The translations under genes and the position numbers were made by a program. Below the pieces are notes generated by a model. That model was not told the DNA's origin. It saw only the letters and a program-made list of their open reading frames with translations, and searched no databases. This document shows, in pieces, positions 28,968 to 42,953 of a stretch of 64,000 bases of DNA. Each line of letters begins with the position of its first letter. Position 1 is the first letter of the stretch. The stretch comes from Camelus dromedarius (lineage: Eukaryota), in assembly GCF_036321535.1 (NCBI RefSeq), contig NC_087436.1:51710001-51774000 (forward strand), in the 5' to 3' direction.

Positions 28968-29807
28968 CTACATAGAAAAAGAGAGAAAACACACACACAG
29001 AACTTCCCAGTACTTATTGAGCCTTGTGAACTCTGAATATAAACTGAATTTTCAAAGGAAACAGACTCAAATATTTTCAATTGTTCTATTTTTTTCCTGT
29101 GTATCATGTCCAGGGATAGCAGGGTGTGGATCTATTTCTAGCTTGTCTCAAAGCCTCAAGGCACCCACTGAATTTTTTTTCCAGTTGGTTGGTTTGGTTT
29201 TGCTTTTGCTTTTTCCCACTTGAAAAATCTGGGCAGTGACTAATAGAGGAGGAGATCTCACTGGTATTTGGATGAGGTTTTTCAAAAGGCACCTAGACAC
29301 TGCAGAGTTTATAAAAGCCAAAACAGTGGCTATTTCCCTCCAGGCATAATAGCAACTCATAATTAGTCAACTGTTAATCAGGAAGGAAACCTCACTCTCT
29401 CAATACCCTGAATGAGCCTTATGCTCTAGGCTCTGTTTTCTTGACTAAAGAAATGTGGAAAGCAAGGTCCAGAAATGTAGCTAAGAATTTAGCATTTTCT
29501 TATTGAGACACGAGTTACTTTACTGTCCTTTAAAACGATGGACTTTAAGCATTTTAAGAGCAACTGTAACAAGTTAAAGCAAAGGCTATAAGATATTGAG
29601 AAGAAAAATGACAGGGAGGTGTGTAAATGTGAAGTGGCTAAAAGCTAGATGGCTTGCAAGGAATACAGGATGTCTGTAAATATAGTCATAGAGCAAAACG
29701 TCCATTTCTCGCTGGCTTTGCTCTGCACTCCCCATTTGACTCCTAGAACAGAAAGTGGTCAATGGCATTTGGTCACTTGCGTGAAAATGCATCATCTCCA
29801 AATCCAG

Positions 29808-30297
29808 TGTCAACTGAAAAAAAAAAAAAACACACACACAACTTAAAAGGGAGAATTATGTTTTATTAGGGAACTTTACTGAAAACTATAGCCCAGGAGA
29901 CAGCCTCTCACACAGCTCTAAGGAATTGTTCTGAAGAGGTAAGGGAAGAGCCTGGATATACAAGAGATTTTGCTGGAGGCGGGGTAGGTGGGGAGGTGGA
30001 GTAGGGGGTGGAGGACAAACAGGCAGTCAAACATTAAAAGATAATTGCTAATCACAAAAAATGGGGCAACTCAAGTTAATGATTCTAGTGCTTTTCTTTG
30101 TATGGGAAGATGGAGGAGTCTGGGCTTGTTAAAATCATTCCTTTGATATGTATCTTAGTATCTAGGACCAGTATCCTGTTTTTCTCCATCTCTAATTCCC
30201 CTCAGGGCACACTGTCGGGCATCAACAGTGGCTGATGGCTTGATGGCAGGCAACAGTCTTTGTTTACTGAAATGGCAGCCAACATTGTTTGTCCACA
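29808..30297 (-). mobile_element. ERV1-type solo LTR
   Basis: Antisense LTR motifs (gttttattagggaactttactgaaaactatagcccaggagacagcctctca; atgggaagatggaggagtctgggc). The gagacagcctctca motif is also present in the LTR at 23.3 kb. Confidence 0.6.
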
Positions 30298-33218
30298 CCA
30301 GGATCTCACAAGCATAGATTTTTCCTAAAACAAGCTCCAAGGGGAGACCTGTCTTATATTTACCCTATGTGAGTAAATGTGTGCTAGCAAGATCAAGTCT
30401 GAATTCATGGCGTCTAAAAGTCATTTAATCTGGAAGAATGACAGGCTACAAAAAGACAGTTTTTGAGTTTGCTTTAATGATTAAAAACTCACCTATCTTG
30501 CATAAGATTTTCTAAAAAAGCAAATTTTACAAATAATTTCTGAATCAAGCTTTTAATTTTTCTCCACAATTTTAGTTGGAAATACTGCTAAAATGATTAC
30601 ATATTCCCTGCCTCAGAAAACAAATAAACCTTACACCTTTGTGGTAGCTTAAATTCATTATTAAAAGCAGCAATTATAACATAGCACTGAAAGAATACTA
30701 CTATGCTTGAGGTAGGCAAGATCGTTACCTCTAAACTAAATGGATCAGGATTGATTTCTTTTTATTATGCCTATTTTAATCATTTTCTGTTCCTCCTGTC
30801 AGTCTATTTGCTCTCACTTACTACTCTCAGTCTTAATAGTATCCTTCATTTTCTTCTCCCTGAGCTTTTCCCTTCTAATCTGCAGCTAATCAAAGCTGTC
30901 ATAATGCTGTCTGTACTAAAAAGAAACAAAACAAAACCATATGATATCAATGAAGGGCTGAGAAGTACATATATATACATATACATACATACACACACTC
31001 ATATAAAACTTGTTTTTTCTTGATCTCTTATCAAAGAAGATCAGGTATCTCTTATTAAAGAGAAGTGGTTTGCTTGGTACACAGTAGGTTCCCATAAATA
31101 TTTATTGAATGAATACATGACATGGTGATATTATATTTATATATACATATATACATAAATCTATTGCTCATCATGGGTGGATAGTCTTCACTAGAAAATA
31201 ATTATAAGAATTCCTTATTATTTTTGTTATCGCACTCACATTAAGTATAATACATAAGCAGGATTTTCTATATTTAATTCCTTATCAAAGATTGGAGATC
31301 TTTTTCTCTGCCTTACTTTTTCTGAATTCTCACCTGTTTTCTTCTAAGCATTCTCTTCATCCTGTCCTTCTATTCCTAGTATCCCTTCACCAAATGTTTT
31401 TTGCAATTAAAAACAAAACGAAAACTTTAAAATGGGACCACTGTCTTAATATAGGCCAAAACATCCCATGTGGTAACTCAAGGAGATGCAACAATTCTGT
31501 CCTTGTGCCCAAGTGCCCTGATCTACAAATACCCAGGATGCAGGCTGTAATAACACCTCAGTATTGGTGGTGGTGTTTATTAAGACATCACATGAAAAAC
31601 AGATGGTCACAACCTAATCTCCCATGACTGTTCAACATGGCCTTGTCATCACTAACTACATGGTGTCATTAATCTTACTTTGTGAACCAACTACAGAGCA
31701 TCCATCTCTTGGACACTCACTTATTCAGCAAATTTTTCAGTTTCTTAGATAAAAATCACAATCATATTCAATCAATAATGGATACTTGAAAAACCTGAGG
31801 CTTAGAGATTTCTATGTTATATCAGAATTGAGAAAACTGTCCTCTCTTTATTATTTAATTGGGAAAGCATCAATTGTACATATTTTGAAAAGCCCAATTG
31901 GAGACATTCCTCAAAATTAGAGAGAAGGAACAATGTATGTCCCCATATTTGGAGATATATTAATCTCAGTTATTTTTTCCTGATCCTTTATTAGAGAAAA
32001 CTGGTTTACCTGGCATATAGGAAATACCCACAAATGTTTATTGAATGAATGAGTTATATACCAGTATTTTTTCAAAATGTTAAGAAGCTGTGCTTTCACT
32101 TGAGGAGTGCCAAAGATCTGCTAACAGCTAGAGACTGAGACCTCAATACTCTCTTACCCACAAGGTAAGGATCTGACGCTCTGGTATTGCCATGCGAGGG
32201 CTCAGTTCCATTATGAAATAAACAATCACCAACATCATTGACAGAGCAAAGTCCATTCACCTTAATTGGCTTTGCTCTATCAACTCTTTAAATCTCCATT
32301 TAAGCTGTTTTAAATTTATTCTTTCTAAATCCTGGTGGGGTTAGGATGCAGTGATAAGAGAACACTCTCTCCAGCAAGCAAGGCTTCTATGCTTCCTGAC
32401 TTCGACTCAGCTGCTGTTCCAAGGAGTGAAAATAAAGAGGAACCCAGGGAATTGCTAAGCTGATTCTCTTCCTCCAAAATGTATGTGAATCATTTGCCAG
32501 GGTACAAATTAAAATAAAATTAGTTGATTCCATTTCTGTCATTATTTATTAACCCTTAAACATTCATTGAATGTTTCACCAGCTATTCAAAATCTAGATC
32601 TTCTGAAGCAAGCCCGTTTCTCCTAGCACACACTCCTTTCATCATTTAAAACGGTTATTTATGCTATGACTTGTTCCTTGATTTTTGGCTTCCTACGTAA
32701 TAGGCAAGAGGAAGGAAATAGGAAAACTGAATCCAACTCCTTCTCTTCTAATCTAAAGAATCTGTTCTTCCTTAGAATCCTGCTTCAAAATATCTCATCT
32801 CTTAAACTTTCTTTTTCTTCTAAAAGAGACATAGATATCTACAATTGTTAAACAATTGTAGCAGACTGTGCATACTATGCACAGACCAACCACCGTTCAG
32901 ATGGGAAAAATTTAATATTTGCATACATAAAATTAGATTTCATGCATATAATTAATAAAGAGGAATGCTTTGTGTTTCAAGTATGTAATTAGGAAAGATA
33001 GTTGTTTCTCTAAAATAATGTAAGACAACCCTCACTGGCTCTGTCTTCCAGGTTAGATTATCCTCTGATGGTGAAGAAGAGGGGTCTTAGGAGAGTGTTA
33101 AATGGTAATGGAGTAGTCAAATAAATCTAATCCAGATGAGAGATGTCCTCCCACTTCACTCAGTTCTGAAGGAGAGAAACTTAAGGGTTTATTCAATTAG
33201 ATATTTACAAAATCTTAC

Positions 33219-33305
33219 TTTCAGATACATTTCTCTTTTCCATTCCAGAAATGAGGAGTGAGGCCCATAGCAAAAGAGCATTGATCTTTGGTAGAGAGCT
33301 ATATG
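33219..33305 (-). pseudogene. Pseudo-exon (87 nt) with an RGS 'N.LL(F/L)W' motif
   Basis: Bounded by cacag and gtaaga. The phase-1 frame YSSLPKINALLLWASLLISGMEKRNVSE is open. It is phase-compatible with the segment ending at 35521 (...ATWYFTRKI) and the one starting at 32819 (EKESLRDEIF*). Confidence 0.55.
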
Positions 33306-35867
33306 CTGTGATCAATAATCAGTGATTTATGCTTAAGTAAACATCCCAGCCATCAGCTTAGAATTATTCACAACAGCCCATATTCTCCTCATCCAGTCAT
33401 TATTCTATATTCCCTTCTCTGCCTCCAAAGAATCATTTCAGTCATATGGTGTGATGACACAAAAGGCTACTTTAAGACCTTTATAGACCCTAACTACTGT
33501 AACGAGAACCCACCCCATATACATTTAAGCCACTGACCAGTACTAAACCATAAAAAAGTCTTAGGAATTGCAACAAGTTTCTGATTTTTCCTGGTTACTT
33601 TGATTTTTTAATATCATATATGAAATTGATTTCAGAAGAGATTTGGTGTTCTTGTTTGCTGAGTCCCACATACAAGGCAATTAACCTTGTCCTGACTCTT
33701 GGCTGTTTCCAAGTGCCAATGCCTCAAACATTAAACCTGCATTAGCACCAGATTTTAGCAGTTAATCTCTATTTCCTCTCTCCTCATCTTCTCGAATATT
33801 TTAATTAACAATCATTTTAATAGACAGATTTGAATTATCTAATATAAGTACACTTTGCAAGTCATACGGAAGGGAGTTACGTGCCACTGAGTAATGACTC
33901 TCAACATTTTCACAATTTGGAGAATATCCCTTAATTATAATGATATATGACAACCTGTCCTAGTGTCTACCTCAGCAGTGGTACTGAGAGTGACAGCCTG
34001 CTAAGAGAATGACCAAAAGGAGGGAACTGTTACAGTAAAATAGAATGGAGAACAGGCTTGAAGACCCCTGAGCAGATAAAACTAGTTAAGCTCCATAAAC
34101 AAAATTTAATCTTGTTTATTCCATGAATATAAGCAAAATTTAACTTAGGGTATTCCTTACAAATTTCATAATTTCCTTATAAATTCCCTATGCCTCTGAT
34201 ATATAAATGCCATAAATGAAACCGAAGTTGTCTTCCTGACTTGGTATAAGATAATCTCTTTTAAGCAATTCCCTCCCTGCTGTCTTGAAACCCTACTGTA
34301 ATAATCAATCACTGGAAAGGTTGAACAACATCCTCATTCTCTTTATAAGCTATTCAGTAACATCATGCCTCTGAGCTTCATACCAGTTTCAGGTTTGAAG
34401 TCTCCCATCTGACCATCTCCCATCTCTGACCATCAATGTGTTTCTCACCCAATAAAATATCCATATCACATGAAGTTCTCTTAATTTTTTTTGGACACTA
34501 TGTGTATGTGTGGATAACAGTTTATATATATAATACAACTTATATACCTATATATGTTACTTTTCTCAAAAGTGGGATCATATTATATAAACTATTTTTA
34601 ACTGACTTAATCCCAGCTCTGTCACTTACTAGCTGTGTGTCAAATTACCTTATCTGTCTATAGTTTAATTTCTTCATCTATAAATTAAGCATTAAAATAA
34701 TCCTCATCTCATAGGGTTGTTATAAGAATTACATTAATTGATGTCTGTGAATCACTTAAAACAGTAACCAATAAATGTTAGTGATTATTATGCTACAATT
34801 TATTAAACCCTTCCTTATTATTCGTCATATACACTATAGCCAGCCAATCCCTTCGGTATGCCAGATGAGAATTCTAAAGCCAAAGAGGTTAATCACCTTC
34901 ACATCCTGGACAGCATCTGGCAGAACCAGGATGCCAGGACTTGTCGAAGTAATGGCCTCTTCCTACAACCAAAAGAACAGCTTCCTAACAAGAACTAACA
35001 TGCAGAGCGCTTCCTAGATGTAACGTCCTGTGCTGGGAACTTTACGTCCATTAACTCATGCAATCCTGGCAGGTAACTTTAGAAAGGCAATTGCTGCTAC
35101 AATTCTAATCTTATTCATGAAGAAACGGGGACACAAGCAAATTATAAGTTACCAAGTTTTTCCAAGGTGTCACAACTAGCAAGTAGAGCCACATGTGAAC
35201 TCAGGTCTTCTGGCTCCAAAGCCCTTGCTTTGAAACACTATCCTTTGCCATATCACATGAGAATTTCTACAGACTAAAGGTGATGAGCCCATCAATTTCT
35301 AAAGGTCAATAATGTTATAAAGGTCATTAAGATAGCATAGTTCCCTAATGACCTAACTCCTTATAAAGGGACTTAAGCACCACAAAGAAGCCAGTGGCCT
35401 GACATTCAGAGAAATGTAACTCACCAAGGGTACTGATATTCCTACTCTCTGCCTCACAGTTTCTCAGGGATATTTATAGCGTGAAAATCCTCCTCTGTGC
35501 CCATGTCTCACTCAGTTCACCTATTTTTCTTGTAAAATACCAAGTTGCTCTCGGTTGGGTTTTGAAAACTGCTTCAGTAACAAGAGTAGAACTTTGAGAT
35601 CTCAGGTTCTTCTCAAATGATTGGGGAGGGATTAGGGTATTTGTCAGGCTTAAGCTTGCTGTGTCCTCTGGAGGCTGTGGGATACATTTTCAACAATGTA
35701 GGAAAGAGTAGGCATGCTGAAAAATGCTGAACAGATTTGTTTATGGGCCAGGACAGAAGGTCCTGTTTCCCCTTCTGAATAGGAAAAAAATCCCAGGCAA
35801 TCTTTTGTGCTGAAATATGAAATTATTCCATCCTTTCAATTCTTTGCTCCTTTCATATATTGCTCAC

Positions 35868-36253
35868 TTGTATTTCATAGTGAGTCATGTCTGCAGCAAT
35901 CTAAGGCTTGTCTTGCTTCATTGTAACCACCTGCTTTCTCATCAGCTCAGTCGATGAAAACTTCAGGTCAAACTACAATATATGTTTTTCCTGATTTTTG
36001 TGTCCAGACAAAAGCCTTCAAATGAATGTTGGAAAACTACAGCCATGTATTTCACCCAAAACCAAAGAAGCCCAAGATCTGAACACTCAAAGAGAAAGCT
36101 TGACACTTAAATACAGAATTCTACACATTCATTTCATAGACCAGTTACAAAAAGTTTACATACGATCTTATCTTCATCTGCAGATACATGCTTCTCTTCT
36201 CTAGTTGAATATGTTTTTGCTCAAGGGAGAACCTGATAGAGGATGCCAATATT
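35868..36253 (-). pseudogene. Two linker pseudo-exons (36164-36253, 90 nt; 35868-35972, 105 nt)
   Basis: Bounded by ctatag/gtatgt and tgtag/gtgagc. They read EYWHPLSGSPLSKNIFN* and FDLKFSSTELMRKQVVTMKQDKP*IAADMTHYEIQ. Confidence 0.5.
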
Positions 36254-36570
36254 CTATAGAACACCGTGGGTAAATAATGATAACTCCAAGGAGGCAAACT
36301 GAATAATAAGGATTTGTAAAGTAAACACAGTAACTATTTACCATCTCATATACTGATTTGCCCCATTAACTCTAGCTAGAATCTACTAGCAATAACTCTG
36401 AGGGTTAGGAGCTTGCTAGAGCGGATCACAAAGGTAAGTCAGACAGATCAGAGCCAGGAAACATTATTTCTTCACACTGTGAAAACTAAATAAATGCACA
36501 TGTATTTAAATGCATAGTCAGTGCTGCACATAGTAGATGTCAAATTAAAGTTAATTAACTTTTCCCTTAC

Positions 36571-38212
36571 CTTTATCTTCAGGGGATTCACAGAATTTGT
36601 TGTAAAGCCAGTGAACGATGTAAATATTCCTTCCAAACATAGCCTGAAGTATTTGCATCTCAAAACTTTACCATAGAAGGGCAGGAGACACAGATTTTCA
36701 AATCTACCCACAGATAAGGAGGAAGAACAAACTACTCTCTTCAGAAAGCCTACCCCAACTAATGCTACACTTACCATATCCCTGTCATGGGAATTAACAT
36801 TCTTATCCCACACTGCGTTTCCCACAGTCTGTAAAACACTTAAAAATCCTGGAATGTGCTAACACAGTTGCTACATTTTTCTACATTAAGTTATAGAATA
36901 TCCTGATGTTCAATTAAATTCACCAATTACCAATATGCAAATCATTAATTAAGCTATAGTAATGGTATTCTCAAAATTCTTTAAGCAATGAGGCCAAGAT
37001 TCTGAGAATATTTTGTTTATATTTTGCCTTTATTTTTATAAATTCTTACAAATGTGTCTTTCTGGTCTTAGATAATTTATATCTTTTATATCATTTACTT
37101 AAGCATTCAGATGTTCAAAGGTCAGATCAATTTCATAGCTCTCTTTTATCATTAGATCCAGTAAATCATGTGAGTTTAAAAACAACTGAATTCAAAAGAC
37201 ATATATGGAGCAGCATACCAATTTTCATTTGAATCTGTGTATGTACACAAGTGGCAGGATGTTAACTTGGAGCTCATCAATTCTCAAAAGACAAAATTTT
37301 CCAATGAAACAAACAAACAAAACAGGTTTATCTGGGATTTTCCATGATGAATAGCTTAAATACAGATTTTGGACCCAAATATGTTTAAAGTTTTCATTGA
37401 AATTCTACAGTCAAGATGGATCCACACAACTGTAGGGGTACTTTGCAAATCCGAATAATTAGAAAATTGTTTTTCTAGCAAGTAGCTGAGTCAAGAGGTT
37501 GGTTCTAGCTCAAACTCTGAAACCAACTGTGTGATGCTGAGTATATCAACTAACCTCTCTAGACATCCATTCTCTCATTTGAGAAGTAAGAAAGTTTTAA
37601 AGGAGGTATTAATTCCCTGTTATTTCAAAATTATGGTTACTTTATATAGGTAGATCAGTGATTAGCCAGTTGGAGGAAATAAGTTAGGGGTGATGACCTG
37701 ATAAACTGAGTAGGCAAGAGGACAAGGGAAGCTCTGATTTACAGCATTTACCAATTCCCATGGTGTAAATATTTCCTCTTTTGCCAATTTCAAGCTGCCT
37801 ATAATGTCACTGAACACAAAGTTGGGAAGAGATAAGCATATTTAGCTTTCAGGGACTGGTACAAGCAGGTTCCAGTACACATTTGACTCCATTCTTCAGA
37901 TCCAAAGCTAGTCTCAAGCTGTAGCTGACAAACGTCCATTTTCACTTTAAAATGATGCCTTAATAACAAACCAAAGCAAAGCTTTCCTGAGGAACATTTT
38001 CCTATTTGGATGAAAAGATACACAGTACCCATTTGTTTTGGCCTTGGGGAAATAAAAGTGCAAACTATTATCCCTACATGAAATGCACAAAACACATCTC
38101 AGTTTCACTTCCTGCTAAAGTAGGTTGCAAGTTTGCAAATTCTCATTCAACACAGGAGCTCAAGTGAGTTTTTTTGCTCATAGAGGCTGAAAATACATCT
38201 CTTAACATCATG
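36571..38212 (-). pseudogene. RGS-like domain split over pseudo-exons 38029-38212, 36775-36828 and 36571-36671
   Basis: Reads EQKNSLELLC*MRICKL...GIIVCTFISPRPKQM|DCGKR...|...YFRLCLEGIFT(frameshift)VHWLYNKFCESPEDK. Donors at 36774 (gtaagt) and 36570 (gtaagg). Confidence 0.65.
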
Positions 38213-39009
38213 CTAGATTTACACAAAATGAAGTTGGGAAACAACTTAAAGCTGGAGAAGTTTCAAATGAATAATTCAGTTGAATACATTCAGAAATCTA
38301 CAGAAGACAGTTCTTTTCTGAAGACATCACTCAAAAATACCTTCTGTAGTGAAAGATCTTATCAGATCTTCACCATTTATACCATCAGCCATATTTACAG
38401 ATAGAGAGATGCTGAAGGAAAGACATATATCCTACCTCAAGTAGCCAGCAGAAAGCAGATTCTGAGAAAAAGGCTTACATATACTTAATTTCCAGAAGTG
38501 ATTTCAGGAGACAAGAGTAGAGGATATGACAGAGAAAGAAGAAAACTGGGGAGCTCTCCTATATGCACCACTATTGCAGCTTACCTCAGCAGGAAGTTTA
38601 TTTTTACATACCCCAGTAGGAAGAAGAAAGGTTTTTCTCCTTGCCCAGCAACAGCCTAGTCAATAAGAAATTGTCAGAACCCAGCTAATGAGAAACCACC
38701 ACAACCCTGAACTCTCATTCTCCTCCAATGAACTTTCATTCAAAACAGTCCCTCTCAACTTCCTCTATTCCTCTGTAAAAGAATGCTCCCTTCCTTTCTT
38801 GTCTGGTCTTGCCAGTCGTTTGCCAGTTTGCATGTCCCAAATTGCAATTTCTCTGCTTTTCCTGAAAAAAAAAAACAAAACTTGACTTTGCTAGCTAAAC
38901 CACTTAACTTTTTTGTTTTAAACGTTAATCTTACTTGGTGTCAGAAGTGAGAGCCAAAGGAGACAAACCTTTAGGAGTAAACGACTCTCAGAATTACGTG
39001 CAGTACTTA

Positions 39010-39390
39010 CTTAAGAAATTGAAGAAGACACACAAAACTGGAAAGAGAGTCCATGCTTATGGACTGGAGGAATCAATATTGTTAAACACGTCCACAGTAC
39101 CCAAAGTAATGTACAGTTCCAATGCAATCCCTATCAACGCCAAAGGCATATTTCATAGAACTAGAATAATTCTAAAATTTGCATGAAACCACAAAAAAAA
39201 CTGAAGAGCCTAAACAATCTTGAGAAAGAGGAACAAAAGTGCAAGTATCACAGTCCCCAATTTCAAACTATACTACAAAGCTGTAGTAACCACAACAGTA
39301 TAGTACTGGTACAAAAACAGCCACATAGATCAGTGGAACAGAATTGAGAGCCCAGAAATAAACCCACACATCTATGACTTATAGCAATTT
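39010..39390 (+). mobile_element. Old L1 ORF2 fragment nested in the ERV internal region
   Basis: aatgcaatccctatcaac, ttcaaactatactacaaagctgtagtaacc and gatcagtggaacagaattgagagcccagaaataaaccc are L1 ORF2 hallmarks. Confidence 0.8.
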
Positions 39391-40688
39391 GGTTAAATAT
39401 GCATTTTGTAGACAAAAATGAAACATTTGCTTTTTTTCCTCTACCTGATCCCTCCAAAACATGGAAATTTCAAGCATTCTTTTCACAATATAGTTAGTTA
39501 TTTAAATAAATTCAATAAAAATTTATTCTCCTTATAACAATGAAATTAGAAATATTGGTTATATTACCATGGCTTTGATTAGAATATCACATGAGAGAGG
39601 CATGTATAGATTCAGATACTACCAGGCAGCTTTAAGGAACTACTCAGACTCTGATATGGCTTCCTCATCTTGAAAGGTTTTTAGGAGTTCAATCTGAGAG
39701 TCCTTGTTCTAACAAAGCAGTCTTAAAAGAGCTTATATAGCCAACAACTATTCTTGCTGCACTTACGCAAATAAATATGCCAAGCTTAGAACAAATAAAT
39801 TAGCTTTACTTTCACTGCCTTTGACAAAAATGGGGGCAACTGTGGAGAGAGAAATTATTTTCACACCTTTGTCTATATTATATTCTAATCCTGTTAATTG
39901 TCTTCGAGGTTTTGTTATATACCTGTAAACTGTACTGGATCCTGAATTCTTCTTGTTTCCTCAAATATCTGGCTACAAATCCCCAAACTAACATTTCAAT
40001 CCCTAAGAACAAAGATTGTCTTGAATCTCCTTGGAAGAGACTATATTAGGTCTTCCTAACCACTCAGATGGCAGCCAAACTTCAGGGACTTGAATCTTAG
40101 ATACACATCTCACAGCTGAAAAAGGCTCCACCGGACATCTGGTCCTGCACGAAAGCTGGAGTACTCCAAATAAAGCTGAGCAGGAAGAGAAGTATCTGAT
40201 ATTGAGACAGACTACTTCCTCCCAAGATGCTGGATCAAGACTTCATATTTTCGCTAAACATAAACCCTTTCTTCTTCCCTTTCTTTCCTTTATTCAGGCA
40301 TTGACCTGGAAAGATGTCATCATCTTTATCTCTCAGGCCATTACTAAGGGAAGGTGGGAGGAATAATCTGTCAGACTGCTGGATTTGTCATCAAAAACAT
40401 TATGCTAGAGACCCCCGGTCCATTTCCCTGTCTCTGATTAGCACCCAAAGTTGAGGAACTTTGTCTCCTGGCTTTATGGGAAAAAGGGACACAAGGGAAA
40501 CAAAGCCAGAATAAAACTGCCTGTGTGATCTGTAGACCCTTACAATTTTACTGGTCTCCATGGCTGTTACCTTTCCAACCCTGTGTGACAGATTCAAACA
40601 ATAACAACCTGGAAACAAATATGACTCTGGGTTTGCCTACATATGGAGAGATTTTCTCTGTTGGGTCAGATCAAGTGCCAAAGAACAT

Positions 40689-41000
40689 GTGATCAGAAAT
40701 CTTCCCCTAACATTAGGAGAGCTAGTCAATGCTACAGCCAAAGCAATAGCAGCCCAACAACAATCACTTGATTTGTTGGCTAAAACAGTTTTGGATAATT
40801 GTATAGCCAATGATTACTCACTTTCTGAACAAGGAGGCATTTACACAATAGCAGATATCACCTTTTGTACGTGGATAAATGCCTCTGGAGAGGTAGAAAT
40901 TCAGTTACAAGATCGAGGAACAAGCACACTAGCTACAACAAGTTTCACCTGGTTCTCCATGGTCCTTTCATTTGTTCAGCTGGCTTACCTTCAAGTCTAG
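40689..41000 (+). pseudogene. env: ERV env TM-subunit remnant
   Basis: AIAAQQQSLDLLAKTVLDNCIANDYSLSEQGGIYTIADITFCTWINASGEVE contains a heptad repeat, a degenerate immunosuppressive domain (cf. LDNRIALDYLLAEQGG) and a decayed CX6CC. Confidence 0.85.
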
Positions 41001-42453
41001 GATCCTAGTTTAGAACCATCCTAAAAGCCAGATTCATCATATTACTTTTAATTCTGCTTTGCATAATTTTTTTAACCTTTGTATCCACTGCCTGTCAAAC
41101 CCTTGTAGAAATGACGTACCCAATGAGGTGATGCTAGCTCAATGCTTTGAGATGCTCTCCAATGCTTATGACCTTAATAAGATAAAGACTTTGCATGGGA
41201 AATGGCTGAGAATTCTCCTTTCTACCTGTCCTTGTTCCTCAGATGAGGCTTCAATAGTTCCAATCTACACACGTTTCCTCTGCCGTGGAACATGACAGCC
41301 AGAAAAGGTCCTCCCTGACACCAGGACAAAACCACTAAATATGAAAAACTGATTCTTGATCAGCAATACTTTCAAGGATATATCTCAGTTAAAAGGGGGA
41401 AATGTGAAAATAAAGAAAAAACTCATTTAAAGTCAGGAAGCTGTGAAAGGGGAGGTCTCATACCTATATTGCCTGTCACAGCTTACTTTATGTACCCCAG
41501 CATGAAGAACGAAGACTTTCTCCCTGCCCAGCAACAGCCCGGCTGATGATAAATCACCACAAGTTAGCCAATTAGAAGCCACTGCAACCCTAGAACTCTC
41601 AATCTCCTTCAATAAACTTTCATTCAAACCAGCCCCTCCTAAGTTTCTCTTTTCCTCTATCAAAGTATCCCCCTGTCCTTTGTTCTCCGGACTTTGCTGT
41701 GGTTTACCACAGTTTGCATGCCCAAATTGCAACTCTTCTGCTATTCTCAAATAAACTCATTTTTGCTGACTAAACAGCTTATCTTTGTTTTAAAGGTTTA
41801 CAGTCTGCTTTAAATTTTGTGAGTATTTCTCCCAATTTGTGGCTTTTCTTTTGTTTCTTTAATAATGTCTTTCAAAGAGCAAAATTTTTACTTTTGATTA
41901 ACTTGAATTTAACCAAAAAAAAATTTGTTTTGCTTCCTGTTTTCTGTATTCTAAGAGACCGTCACACAAACCAAGGTTACAAAGATTTTTTTCCTGAGTT
42001 TTCCACCAGAAGTTTCATAGTTTTAGGTTTCCATTTCAGTCTGATCTACTTCAAGTTAATCTTTGTGTGTGCTGTGAAGTCAGTATTTACATTCATTTTT
42101 GTTCATATAGATATTTAGTTGTTCAAGTATCACTTATTAAAAAGACTTTCCTTTTCCTCCTGATCACTCTGTCGCCTTAAAGTTAAAATACCTATATATA
42201 ACTAATGCTTTTTCTAGTTTTTATGCAACTTGATAACTTACTCAAACAACTTGGCTCAGTTTAGCTTTTCACTGCATTCAGTTTCTGATAGTGATATCTG
42301 TATATTCAATGCCTTATTGCTTCTACTCCTTATTCTTATGTACCTTCTTGCTCTTTAATCCTCTCCAAATACACTAACTTTGGATTCTGAACTCCAGATC
42401 CCTGCTTCCCGATGTTTTTCATGCTCTATCACAATTGTTAGAGACATCTTTAC

Positions 42454-42643
42454 ATTAAGGCTTCTCAACAATGACACACCTGACATTCTGGACTGGATGA
42501 TCTTGCGGTGTAGGGGGCTGTGCACTGCAGGGTGTTTGCCAGCACCCTTGGCCTCTACCCAGTAGATGCCAGGAGCATGCTCCAAGTCAAGATGACAAAA
42601 ATGTCTCCTGGGGGTTAAAGTGACCCCAGATGGGAACCCACTG
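42454..42643 (+). mobile_element. MER20-like hAT DNA transposon
   Basis: Contains ttctcaac...tgacattctggactggatgatctt...ggcctctacccagtagatgccag...gaacccactg. Confidence 0.8.
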
Positions 42644-42953
42644 CGTCACATCTATGTTTACATTCATGGATTATTATCATCCAAAAATGTATATGATTTG
42701 CCTAGAATTTGGGGACAAAGTAGTCATTGAAACATGGCGTTTATGAAGCTGGTATATTCAATCTTCACTTTTAGCAAGTAACTAAATTTTTCTATCGATG
42801 TGAATTAGCATATAATATAGCACAGACTGTATTATCTCTATAATGCCTTGTCTCTTTTCACCTAATAAAATTCATTGGCCTCGATGAACAATAAAAACAT
42901 AGCATGAACATGTAACTTGTACCTCAAAGATGGATATTTTAAGGCAGGCTTAC

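Larger units (their letters stand above)
38560..41800 (+). mobile_element. Decayed class I (gamma-like) ERV provirus with paired LTRs (about 38560-38935 and 41403-41800)
   Basis: Two similar LTRs share gcccagcaacagcc, aactttcattcaaa and caaattgcaa blocks. PBS-like tggtgtcagaagt at 38937, polypurine tract aaaagggggaaa at 41391-41402, integrase C-terminal remnant near 40060-40150, env remnant. The 5' boundary is approximate. Confidence 0.85.

Noticed and set aside
40689..41000. Possible syncytin-like co-opted env
   Set aside because: Only a TM fragment remains, with no intact SU or signal peptide, and the ISD and CX6CC are degenerate.
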